Shown in pieces: positions 39,584 through 51,860 of a DNA stretch of 53,817 nucleotides (its first letter is position 1; each line of letters begins with the position of its first letter). The notes beneath the pieces are model-generated. The model saw nothing but the letters and a program-made list of their open reading frames with translations, ran no database searches and was not told the DNA's origin. The translations under genes and the position numbers were made by a program. The DNA comes from Girardia tigrina (Eukaryota). The stretch covers positions 1-53,817 of the forward strand of contig MQRK01232042.1 of the NCBI GenBank assembly GCA_001938485.1, written 5' to 3'.

Positions 39584-42500
39584 CAGTGGTGTAGCATAGG
39601 AGGGCGGTGGGGGCAGTCCGCCCCGGGCGGCACGACTGTTGGGGGCGGCATTTGTGAATGGGAGAAATATTATGTATAAAATAAAACGAAGAAAAATCTG
39701 ACCAGAAATGCTGGACATAACAGAGTGTTAAAATGAACTAATTTAATGAAAACTGCCAATGGGCTGGAAGATTTGTCTCTTACCAGATATGCACAAATTC
39801 TTTACAGTTACATGACAATGTTTTGATTTTTGTATTTCACTTAAATACTTCCGGTTATTAGATTTTATTTGATTGCATTTTCTTACTTTGTATGTCTGTG
39901 AATTTGTGCTTCATTTCAAAAGCATGTATAAAGTATGTGGTTATAATTTTGATTAAGCTAAAACATTTTAATCGTTAAAAAACAATTAATTGATTAATTA
40001 ATCCTTAATATCCGCTGTCAAAGTATTGTAATTGTTGTTCAGCACAACTTGTACCCACTAATTTATAAAAAAAGTACATAAGAAAAAATACATAAGCAAT
40101 ATTTACCGTAAAAAAATCGTCATTTTTTTTAATTTTAAATTTTTGATTTTTTATTAAATTTTTATTTTTGATTTTTTTTAGCAAATAAATTTGACTTTTT
40201 TATGAAACTGAAAAAAATTGAAAATTAAAAAAATCGATTTTGTTAAAAAAATTTGGATATTGCATTGTATTTATTCTTATTTAACGTGGTAAAACCAATT
40301 CGTCATTTAAAAGGACGATAATCCAATAGAGACTGGAGATAAATTTGATATTGCTAATGCTACAATTGAAGTCGATACTGTTACTGTGGATGGCGAAGGT
40401 GGCATTGATGCAGAAGTTTATGAGAGAGAAATTGGAGCACAAGAAATGCAACAATTAATCACTCTGAAAACATACTTTTTAAGAGATTTTACGGACATTG
40501 GTCAGTTAAGATTAGCCATGAAATTCGCGCTATACTTGTTCGTCAAGGATATACTTCTATGCAGCACCTTCATTGTTAATTCAAAAAAGTACCACGACCA
40601 GGCACAAGCACAAAAGGTGACACTATAAAGATAACCAAAAATGGTTTTTTCGTGATCTACGGAAAGGAGAGAAAAGCATGAGAACATGGATGGTGTATTC
40701 TCCTTCAAAGGAGGCCCTGTTCTGCTTTTGCTGCAGACTGTTTTCAGTTTGGCTGTCTAGTTTTTCTTTTGAAGAAGGCTTTAGGAACTGGTGGAAATTA
40801 AATCCTAAAGTTCATGAGCACGAAGTTAGCGCATCGCATGTACAGGCATTCCTCAAGTTGAAGGAGCTAGAGATCCGGCTCGCTAAAGGAAAGGCAATAA
40901 ACAAAGTAGAGGAAGAATTAATTAAGGAGACTAAGAAATGGTGAGAAATTCTAGCTAAATTACTGGACATCATCAGATTTCTCTCCTCGCAAAACCTGGC
41001 ACTAAGGAGCCATCGAGAAGACATCCACGAAGATGGAGACCAGGAAAATAGAGGAAACTTTTTGGAATTGGTTCATTTGTTGGCTAAGTATGACCTTGTG
41101 CTCCGTGAACATTTGGTAAAAGTTTAACTTGCAAAGAATATCGTCACTTCCTATTTGTCACCAGAGGTTCAAAAGGAATTTGTGAGCATTTTAGCACAGC
41201 ACGTGAGAAAGAAAATCATATCACAGGTCAAAAAGAGCAAGTATTTTTGCATAATTTTTGACAGCATTCCAGATATATCTCACAAGGGCCAGATGAGCGA
41301 GGTTTTACGCTACGTAAACATGGATGGAAATGAAGTGAAAGTGGAGGAGTCGTTTGTTCGATTCATCGAGACACAGGGAAAGAGCGCAAAGGAAATTTCT
41401 GAACTGATATTTAGACAACTGGAAAACGACGAGATTCAGATTGATTATTGCCGTGGCCAGGCATATAACAATGCTGCTGTTATGTTTGCCCATCGAACGG
41501 GTGTCCAGAAGCGCATCTTGGAAATTAACCCGAAAGCTCTATTTGTTCCATGCTCAAATCACTCCCTGAATTTGGCTTGCATACATTCAGCTTCCGTTGT
41601 GGTTCTATCTGTTATATGTTTTGGCACATTGGACCGGTTGTTCTCTTTTTTTCCTCATCTACGTATCGCTGGGATGTCCTGATTCATGAGATTGGTCTAA
41701 GTATCAAACGGGTTATGGAAACCAGATGGAATACTCGAGCTGATGCTGTAAATGTGTTGGTGATAAAATTATCACAAGTCGTGACTGTTCTGGAGAAACT
41801 CACAAAAGAAGGAGAAAATTTAATGACAAGATCAGATGCATCTTTAATCATATCATCAGTACTGTCATTTCCGTTTCTATTGCTTTTGAACCTTTGGAAT
41901 TCCATTCTACCAGAGATAAATGATGCCCAGAAGTATCTTCAAACAAAAGGGCTCGATCTGCATCAAAGTTCTGTCTAGCTCATATCACTGAAAGATTACA
42001 TTTTTGAGAAGAATGGACGAATCTAAAAAGCTCTGCTTTGAAATGGGGATAAGTATGTAGCGTCGTATTCGCAAAAAGAAAAGAATGGATGGCGAGGGAT
42101 CGACTGATATAGCGATGACATTTGATTCTGAGTTGAGACGGGAAATGCTGCCTGTCGTAGACAGGTTGATAGACGAAATATATTCGAGATTTCAACAAGT
42201 TCATGATCTTACAAACAGATATACTGTTATAGCACCATCGAATCTCTTTGATGATAATTACGATTGCCAACTTGGTGAAATAGAAGACGAGGTGGAGAAA
42301 GAGGAATTCTTAGCCGAAAAAAGAAGACTGCAGTATTTTGACCGAGCTTCAGGAAATAACAGAATAGACGGACCTTTAGAACTTTTGAGCATCACACAGA
42401 GATATCACCTTGGAGACTCAGTCCCTAATATTGCGATTTTGCTGTGCATCTTTCTTACCCGGGCTATTAGCTTTGCCAGCTGCGAACGGCAGTTTTCCAA

Positions 42501-42884
42501 ACTAAAGCTCATTAAGAATTATCTCCGATCTACAATGAGCCAATCAAGGCTTACAGACTTGGCAGTCCTCTCCATTGAGAGGGAGCTGTCTGCTGAACTG
42601 AATTTTGATACTGTTATCAATAAATTTGCAGAAATGAAAGTGCGAAAAGTTCGCTTGTAAATTGTAAATAAAATTGTAAATTTTGAAATGACTTCGTTAC
42701 TTGGTAATTTTTAGTATGAGAATAAGAGTATTGCAAGAAAAATATGAAATTAAATTAAATATTTTGTGACTCTCTTTAATTTTTAGTAAAAACAGTAATT
42801 AAGGGTTCCGAATCATGGGTTAAGGTTAGGAGGCGGCAAATCTTAGAATCGCCCCGGGAGCCAAAAACAGTCGCTGCGCCACTG
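39584..42884 (+). mobile_element. Full-length hAT (Tip100/ZMYM1-like) element, 3301 bp
   Basis: TIRs cagtggtgtagc and gctgcgccactg; perfect 8-bp TSD GTAATATG at 39576-39583 and 42885-42892. Confidence 0.97.
40300..42660 (+). pseudogene. hAT transposase, disrupted
   Basis: RTWMVYS..FCFCCRLF (TTF zinc finger), FDSIPDISH, CSNHSLNL, ETRWN and SCERQFSKLKLIKNYLRSTM; several stops and frameshifts. Confidence 0.95.
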
Positions 42885-42899
42885 GTAATATGTATTTAC

Positions 42900-44160
42900 T
42901 TAACAAAATTCTTACACTGATGAACAATGGGATTGTATACAAATCCATTAACCAAGACTTGTCCTGTTACTCCTTTTTACTGATAAAATTACTAGTCTCA
43001 AAATAACCAAAGTCAAAACTCATATGTTTGGATAAAGGGTAATTTTTCAAATTTTGTGCAAATTAAACGGAATCATTTATATTTAACTTTGAAGAAAACA
43101 ATGAATCAAAATTCTAATAAATATAGTTATAATTATGTCGGATTACTATTGTGATCACTGTTCACTGACACTAAAGCTTAAGAATATTGAAATGAACCAT
43201 GTTTTCATGTCATCTGTAAATGTATCATGAAGCATATACTTGTGTATTTGTTACTTAAATTAAACATATGATGATTTAGTTCATTATTCACTTCACTGAT
43301 AAGTTGAGATTTAAATAATTCAAACAATGGTATAATTTATCGTATTAGAATTAGATTAAAATAAATTTATTAAAATTCACTTGCATTAAATTTATATTAT
43401 TGTGATAAATCTATTTTATTAATAAAAATTATGCCAATTTCGAATATCTACGAAGTGAAGACGATAGAGAAATTTTTTTTTAATTGTTATCAATAAATGG
43501 TGTTTATTTTTTTGAAAAAGAATCTTATTTTCTAAGGAAGCCGATATAAGAATAACTAACAAAATCTTTTTGAAATAAGTTACTATATACTCGCGGAGTC
43601 GAATAAAATAGAAATTTCAACACTGATCGAATTAAAATGTTGAAAATAAAATGAGATTGTTAATGTAAAAAATAATTATACTCTGACCCATACATGGTAC
43701 ACTAGGTTCACAAAATTGATCATTGATACATTTAATATAACAAAAGATTTTCTAATTGATTTACATTGTTCTTAGAGCATAAGAACATCGAATCACTCGC
43801 AAATAAGAGGCGCTATCGGATGAATAAGCAACCTTTGAATCTTCATACAGATTAACTAATTCTGTTAATTAAAAACCCTTTTATAAGCAATCTTGAATTT
43901 AAAAAAATATTTAATATGAACTGAAATAAAAAATTCGAGTAGAGTCAATAACCAAAACATTATTCAATGTCTGAGCTATCATAAAACAATTATATAGTTT
44001 GCAGTCCAAGAATGGTATTTGTTTCGAAAGTTTCCTAATAATTCATCCAGTTTTTTTTACTGTTTTTATAATATTTTAAAAGATATTTTTCTCTAATATC
44101 AAAAGAAACCTCTTGTGAAACTTGTTTGCAACTGCAGTTGGTTCCCATTTCTCGAGACAA
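42900..44160 (-). mobile_element. Very degraded CR1-like LINE RT relic
   Basis: FTDDMK (like FADD.K) near 43215 plus weak upstream RT-like segments. Confidence 0.35.
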
Positions 44161-44325
44161 AATTCTCAAATTTTGTACCATTAAATATTTTTTTATTATA
44201 ACGACTTATTAAATTAGACTGTAAAAATATAATACTTCAAATTTATATTTTTCTTCAAAAATACAAATATTTATAAAAATTATAAATTAAAAATATACTA
44301 AAAGTTAATTATTTAATTACATTAG

Positions 44326-44565
44326 CCTTTAAACTGCTCTACACGTATTTACCCGAAAATAAATTTTGTGACTCAATTTCTCCGCAAGTGCATTTTCGTG
44401 TCATATTTTTATTTAATTAGTTGCCAGCTCCATTTGACATTTTCTATTCTGCACGAACACTCACAACATACGCGTATAACATACTCAAACTACCCAATAC
44501 GAAGAAACCCACAGAATATAAACTTCGCGAGACAAAATCTCAAAACGTATCGCGCAGTAAAAGAG
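44326..44565. mobile_element. piggyBac-type MITE (diverged)
   Basis: ttag|cctttaaactgc...gcagtaaaagag|ttaa. Confidence 0.6.
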
Positions 44566-45055
44566 TTAAAATTAATTTTTGATTTTTAATATCAAAAATT
44601 CGATTTTTTAAAAATTTATAATTTGATTTCCACAATTTTCAATTCATATAACAAAGTAAAAATGTTTAAAATAAATACAAACCAGTTAATTTTTACTTAA
44701 ATAATATAATTTTTAATAAACCTTTTTGAATGTTTTTTGTCAAATTTGTTTTCCAATTGTAATATATCATTGAATAACTCCACATCATTGTAATGTTTCA
44801 ATTTTAATATTGACATTTAAAAAAAAACATTTAAAATATTTTCTTTGGTAAGAATTTGGCCATTAAATTCGTATAAAACGTCATTCTCATTATTATTTTC
44901 TTCCAAGTTAAATTGTTCACTAATTTCATCCAATTCTATTTCACTTCCACTCGAATTATCATTATCATCCAAACCGCAAAAAAAATATTCAAATTCTTCT
45001 TGTTCTTCTTCTTCGACAACAAAGAAAGCAGACTTTCCAACAGTTTTTTTATCGT

Positions 45056-45485
45056 TGTGAGGAATATTTTTGAATGGTGTTTATTGTGTGTTGTTTTGTA
45101 TGTTGTTTTAGGATCGTGTTTCTCCCACCCAGATGGAAGATTGGTATCTTAAATATTTTAAAACGTCGAGTTGTTTAATCAATTATTAAAAGTTAAATAA
45201 TCACTTTAAAATTAAACTAATATTTCATAAATAATATTTTAATAATAAATTCTTAAAATAAATAAAAATTATTTAAAATTTCAATTATAAATTATTTTTG
45301 TAATGATTAAATTGTATTTTAAATTTGTTTGAATAATAAGATGTTAAATAATATTATTAAGATTATCAATCAAGAACGATGACGAGCTACGCAAGTTTTA
45401 CGAAGAATTGTTGTAGTGAAAATTCAAATTGTGATAATAATAAATGTAAAGGAAACTCAATTAATGTTTTTAATAGTTATGTCAA
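45056..45485 (-). repeat. Family A, copy 5 (diverged, inverted)
   Basis: Reverse complement reads accaatcttccatctgggtgggagaaacacgatcctaaaacaacatac...aaatattcctcaca; far boundary approximate. Confidence 0.6.
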
Positions 45486-46843
45486 TTTTGTTCCAAATTT
45501 CTGAACCCTATATATAATACATTCCAAAATTTCAATATCGTTTATATTAAAACTATCATTTTCCGCACGAACAACAAGGTAATCGGCAATTTACCTTTTA
45601 TAAACAGATTTAACTGTTTTTATTATCCCCATATCCAACGGCTGAATCAAATCGCTGGTATTTGGTGATATGAATAAAAATTTGACGTTTGAAAGTGTCA
45701 AAAGCAAATGGGCTCTACAATTATCTAAGATTAGGTTGGGTTTTTACTAAAGTTTATTTTAAATTTCTTAATATATTTTTAAGAACTAATATGATTGATT
45801 ATTGATAAAGTCAGCTAACCGATCAAATTATTATATAATGATGGGTGAATTTACTTATAATAACCAAAATAATCAAACTGTATTAACTACGAACAATTTT
45901 TAGGTTTTAAGAATATCAACTGATATAAGTAAATTACTTATTAACAAAGAGTGAATGGCAATGTTAGTTGTTTAGTTAATCTTCTTCATGGTTGATTTTA
46001 TAATTGATTTGAATTCTGTAAAATCTTAGTTTTCTTTTGTTGATTCAGATTAGAATTAGGTCTTCTTTTTCTTAATCTTCGTACAAATATTGTCGTATAA
46101 ATTTGTTTTGATGAAACGGGATAGTTAAACATATATATTTGCTAATACATAGTCGTATAATAATCTCCTTTACTTTTTTATTTAATATTTTCTTTTTTAT
46201 CAATTATTGTTTTTTTTAATATATTATTAATTTTTAGATTTAATATAGCTATTATTTTTATTTATTATGATATTTGGGACCAACTGTTTCAGGAAAGGTC
46301 CCTAAAGCAAATGAAGCAATTTATGATTGATTATAATCTATTTATGATTATAAATTCTATTATTTAGTCAATCACTTAACATTTTTACAAATGACACTTC
46401 ACAAAGTGACACTCAACATCGCTAATAAAATGATCATGAATTAAAGAGGACGGAAGAGCATAATAAAAGATAATTGGACGTTAACCAGCTCGATTGTTAT
46501 GAGTTATAGTTATAAATTTCCACCCTCAAATACGATCAAAATAAATATAACCTTTTCTGAAAAACTATAAAAAAATTTCAATATCGAAAAATTATATATA
46601 CTGAAAAACTATAAAGACTTAAAGTTAGGTTTTATATAACTGATACATCTTTCACTAAATGTGCAATAAATGAACCCTCACTGGGTGCTGGAATTGCGAG
46701 AATAAATGGTTAATAATTTATCCAAATATTTTAAAATAAAAACAATAAATAAAATAAAACAATAAATCAAAATATATTTCACGAAAGTACCGAAAATGAC
46801 ACATGAATAAATACAAATGAGAGTTCGATCGAACAAACGAAAA

Positions 46844-47064
46844 TCACATAACACTCGAGTCAGAGGTCACATTGACGACAGACTGGTCATTATCCCCGGG
46901 ACTCAACAGATTCATCTTTATGACTGCAGAGTCATTCAACAGATCACGCTCTAATTCTGAGATCTTTGATGATAGAGGTACTAAAGAAGCTGCCAATGTT
47001 GACACCTGTTGAGGACAGTCTGTGTAGTTATTCACATCTTGAGCGGACACATAGACGAGCAAGT
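46844..47064 (-). CDS. Last coding exon of an unidentified host gene
   Basis: Acceptor gtcatag; open frame DLLVYVSAQD...DSSVM*; GC above background; phase matches the upstream exon. Confidence 0.8.
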
Positions 47065-47111
47065 CTATGACGAGTATTATTTACCGTTTATCCATTTCTA
47101 ACATAACTTAC

Positions 47112-47209
47112 CGGGATTATCCTTTGCGTGTAGTATACAAAACATTTGCATCAAATAAAACGAAGGATTATTTGATTCAAGAGCCTTATTGAATACGACG
47201 AGTCCAACT
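47112..47209 (-). CDS. Penultimate coding exon of the same gene
   Basis: Acceptor aaatttag, donor G|gtaagt, 47-nt intron 47065-47111; VGLVVFNKALESNNPSFYLMQMFCILHAKDNP splices in frame. Confidence 0.8.
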
Positions 47210-47469
47210 CTAAATTTTTTATTTATTTTATTAATAAAAAATGACTTATAATTTCACAATAAAGAAAAAGATAAAAAATCTGTAATATTTTTAGGTGTTA
47301 AAATATGTTCTTTCCGTTTCGCATAATTTGACATAATTTCCAAACTGAAATCCATGATTTTATGTTTTGATTCAAGCAATTTTAGATTAGGAGTTATCCT
47401 AGAGAAACAAAACTTTTTTTTAATCACTAATGCGAGCTTTTTACACGTAATTTATGTTAAACTTTGAAA

Positions 47470-48020
47470 ATGGACACAGTAGATCTCAGCTGTGATAGTT
47501 TCTCTTACATTATGGCATTCGTGATGATACATAATAAAATTCTAAATGTTGTTTGGAACTTTGTGGTATGTGTTCTTTGACGATAGGCATGGGTCAATTA
47601 TATTCACATTCAAGTGTATTATACATTTTTAATCAAGAGCTAAATTCAATTAAAAAACACCGCCTTGAATCAGGAAATAAGTCAGTTATAGATAGTCAAT
47701 TGCTGAACTTTGTTTTGATGGGTAAATTCATTTGGCCCACATTGGTTAAGCTTCCCTTTTTTCTAGTACACCGAGACCCAATCTAATGCTTTCATCACTT
47801 ACATTAAATGTTATGGTAAGTTCTTAGCACTTTATATTATAATCTGTTAGAATTACTGTTCTCAAATCATCGTTAATAAAATCCCTTTGCCTCTCAGTGT
47901 ACAAGTATCTATCAGAGTTTCATCACACAGAGCAAACTTTTTAAATTAATTACAAATACAAATCTTTGAACGGCCTAATATAAGTAAATTTGCCTAATCA
48001 ATTTGACTAATTCCTAATAT
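47470..48020 (-). mobile_element. Degraded LINE RT relic in the intron
   Basis: Weak: *FKAVF resembling DFKAAFD and a GIS-like segment; no usable splice-bounded ORF. Confidence 0.3.
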
Positions 48021-48128
48021 CGTAGGAAACAGGTCGTTATAAACCCAATGAAGTAGTTAAACAGTTTGAGGAGATCGTATAATTTGTTTCAAAAGAACAA
48101 AATAAAGAACTTATTTGGCTACCCAGTA
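48020..48128 (+). mobile_element. Mariner 3' terminus
   Basis: TIR-like aacttatttggctacccag followed by TA. Confidence 0.5.
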
Positions 48129-48693
48129 TTAATTTAATAAATTTTAAGTATGAATATTGAGCGAAATTTGCTTATTTTCCTGATTTCGAATGTTAATCAA
48201 TGGTTGATCATAGTACAGAATTATGAACAATGGAACAAATATATAAACTCGCGCCATACGAATAAAGATTTATTTGAGATGAATGCGAATGGAAAATGAT
48301 GAAATAAATAAATATAAAAATATAGAGATATGGAACTGTCGACTAAACGATCTAGGAGAGATAAATATTTACTGAGTTATTTATATTATCTGGATTTTTA
48401 AATGAGATTGAAAAGCAAATAAAATTAAATATTTGAATTACTTTTGCAACGAAAAATAAGCTCAAAACAAATCTTTTAGATAATTGTAATTAAAAATTAT
48501 TTGATCAACAAAGGGTTATGTTCAAACATAAACCAGTGAGCAGTTCGGTTGCCAATGAGTGATCAGAGACGAAGAAAGATATACAACCATCGGTCCAAGA
48601 GGATCTAATCGTGATTTCAAGAAGATAAGAAATTTCATTTACTATTTATACAATCTCATACCTAACACGTGTAGTTAACAAATGAGGTTACTG

Positions 48694-48800
48694 AACTAAT
48701 TTCAACAAATGATCTAATCTCAAAAAATGAATTAATTTCAACAAATGATTTAATTTCATCAAAAGAATTTATTTCAATAAAATAACTAATTTCAATAAAA
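48694..48800. repeat. Minisatellite, about six 18-bp units
   Basis: Consensus close to actaatttcaacaaatga. Confidence 0.85.
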
Positions 48801-49185
48801 TTTTTGCAACTGCGCTGCAACCTTTTTCGAGTTGCAGCGCACTAAGCTGAAAACTTTTTTCGTGGCGCACTTATGGGACTCTCCATTAGTTTTGAGAGAA
48901 TTTAGAATACATAATATAAGAGCGTTTCTTAATAATGTTTAATTAAAATTACCTTGGATAAAAAGTGAGTGAGAATCTCGCTAAGAATAAATTATAAGCA
49001 CAGGATTTTTGTGCCACAACAAATTATTTTTCACTGTTTTTTAACCAACAGATTTTACTGTGATCGAAACTTACTATGTGTTTTACAATACTGCAAAAAT
49101 ACGACTAATATTACCACAGCAATACTTCAATAACTTTAACAATTTTAAATATTAAAAACTGAACGCCATTTTTCAAAATTTATTT

Positions 49186-49226
49186 CCGTAATTAATTTCG
49201 GCGGATTACCCGCCATCTTCAGACTA
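49186..49226 (-). ncRNA. Minimal hammerhead ribozyme motif, variant
   Basis: uaGU-CUGAAGA-U-GGCGG(GUAAU)CCGCC-GAAA-UUAA-UU/AC. Confidence 0.75.
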
Positions 49227-49432
49227 AATTAACATTGGCTTTTTGTAGCTTATATATGAGAATGGTAATCACGTAATCGATTATGCAACAAAGGATCTAT
49301 TTGAAATTGTTTAACAGAGAAGTTGAGTGTGAAGCTTGAATATTAATTTTTGGATCCATGGATCTTATTAATAAGACCTCACACGTTACTCTCTCCCAGT
49401 AATTTTTATATCGATCACACAGAATTTGAAAA
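49186..49432 (-). mobile_element. Second Penelope-like 3' fragment
   Basis: Reverse strand reads ILCDRYKNYWERVTCEVLLIRSMDPKINIQ, homologous to the GIY-YIG end at 35.6 kb, followed by a hammerhead motif. Confidence 0.85.
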
Positions 49433-50053
49433 TCCGAACGGATCAAAGGGCATTGATTTGATAATGGGAGTAATATTGTCGAACATAATTTAAAATGTAG
49501 AAAGAAAATCGGAAAAAATGATTTTCAAATGAAGAGTATAAATTGCCATTATTTTTTACATTCCTTAATTTTAAATATTTTACAAAAATGTTTGCGGTGC
49601 ACCGGTTGCCCGACACCGCCCTAGTCCCCAACCATAACTCTAACCCTTAGTTGAAATTAATTTTGCATCCCTAACAAATGTACTACGTATTTTTACAAAA
49701 AAATGACTAACGAAATACCTAAACTGTAAAACAAACTGTTTTTTAAAGAAAATTCGATCTGGAAAGCTATCTTACTATAATAATAAAATCTTACCACAAT
49801 AGAGTTCTTAAAACATGTTTCATTTGTGCTTTTGAGTTAAAATTAAATTTTAAAAATGTCTCAAAAATGTATGCAAAACAAAAGAATAAAATCATTAATT
49901 AATTATTTCTACTGCTAGAGAATAAACGTTATAAAATAAAACATTAAGAAAATCTTTTGACAATACCACCCAAAAGGTTATCACATTTGTTTCGATTTAC
50001 AAAAAAAATTATCAACCTTTCTTTATCAATTTATATGCAGAAACTTATTGAAG

Positions 50054-50084
<31 letters not shown>

Positions 50085-50737
50085 AAATATTAGTTTCATA
50101 AATTTCTAATAAATTTCTGATTAATTATTTAACTAATAACAAGATGAAAATGAAAAATCTTATATTAGTAATTTTTTTCAACAATAATTAGAATAAACCA
50201 TAAAATTGAAAATTTTGTTTTAATAATGTTAAGAATTATAAATACGTGTTTCTGGAAATTTCGAATATTATGTATTTATAACAATGTTAGATAAAAAGGA
50301 TTTGTTTTGAAAAATTAAAAACTTTCATTATAGAAGAAAATAAATGACTGGAGATAGAATGGACATTGAATTTTTACATGAACATTAATTTGAAAATCAA
50401 AACTATCGAAACTATAAATGAATATAAAAGTATAAATTCAATCAAATAAATTTTAATCCAAACCAACAAAATTGTTATCAAATTGGAAATAAAATTAAAT
50501 TGAATTTATTCGGTCTAACATTATTTACCTTATATTTGGATCAAATCAGGGAGAAGTAAGAACTGATATAAAGATTCGAAAGAACGATTTACAAGAGATT
50601 ATATGTAAAATAAAAGTATAATTAAAAAAGCAAAAGGAAACAAAAAAGAAAATTATTTAGTGTATTGATTTTAAAACTTAAAAAAAGCAAAAAATGTGTA
50701 TATATTTAGTAAATTAAAATTTCTTGTGACATTATCA

Positions 50738-51860
50738 AAACTTAAAAATGCTTTCTAGGAAGATTTTTTTCCTTTGAGAAATTCTTTAATTTTATAAAAG
50801 ACAAAATAAGACTAATTAATGACACAGATTGATCTATTTACGACGATCAAATCTAAACATTATACTCAAATTCAATAGACGGGAAGTGACAAAATTATTC
50901 GAGATTCACATACCCTTTGTTAAAAGCAATTTCGATTCCAACTATCTAAGATTCCCTATCTTTTACCTGAAATTATTCTTTAATCGCTATGGCCAAAATA
51001 AAAAGAAAGTATCCAAACATTTTTATCTAACAATGTCGTAAAGCTATTTCAATTCACTATTTAACATTTTAAAAGTAAATTGTCATTCTAGGTTATTTTT
51101 TTCGTTCTTGAGATAACGTTGATACATTTTGAATTAGTTCGAGTTTAATATAATAATAATTAGACTCATATTTTTAGCTGTGCCGAATTTATTTCATATA
51201 CATTTTTGGGATTTGAGTAGATTCTGTCTGTCGACGATTTAAAAGACAATATGATCAGCTATAATCAGTTGAATATTATTCTTTAATCAAACATCATGTT
51301 TACAGTTGCTATATTTTCTCTTATACACATTAAAGGCAGGGATAATACTTATGCCCCAAAACATGGTAGAAACAACCGTGCCTTCAAGTTGACCATGAAA
51401 AGAACGACATACAATAAAATTACAAATTGTTAAAGGTGATAAAAGATTTTTTAAAGATGACAAAAAGTAATTTGATTTAAGAAATATAAACAATAGTTTT
51501 ATTTATCAAAATAATTTTTTATGGTTAAAAAGAACACAATGTAGTACTGAGATTGAAAGATAAAGTCATTACCTTAAATCGCACTAAAGTGAGAAAGTAA
51601 AATATAATTTTTGTTTATAATTTTTGTAATTTACTCATTATAATTAAAAAAAGTTTTAATTATGATAGATGAAAGAACTTCTCAAAGTTGCAGTTCTGTC
51701 ACTTCCCGTCTATTGAATTTGAGCAAAGTATAATGTTTAGATTTGATCGTCGTAAATAGATCAATCTGTGTCATTAATTAGTTTTATTTTGTCTTTTATA
51801 AAATCAAAATGAAAGAATTTCTCAAAGGAAAAAATTTTCCTAGAAAGCATTTTCAAGTTT
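50738..51860. repeat. Long inverted repeat (arms 50738-50891 and 51697-51860)
   Basis: About 155-bp arms are reverse complements with few indels; spacer about 800 bp. Confidence 0.9.

Noticed and set aside
45105-45150. LPSGWEKHDP on the minus strand, resembling the start of a WW domain
   Set aside because: It is the core of repeat family A; other copies have TAG at the W codon and the second half of a WW domain is absent.
48694-48800. Regularly spaced short repeats considered as a CRISPR array
   Set aside because: No unique spacers, eukaryotic context and no cas genes; it is a simple minisatellite.
49620-49650. aaccct-like repeats suggesting telomeric sequence
   Set aside because: Only two or three degenerate units; more likely part of a TE.
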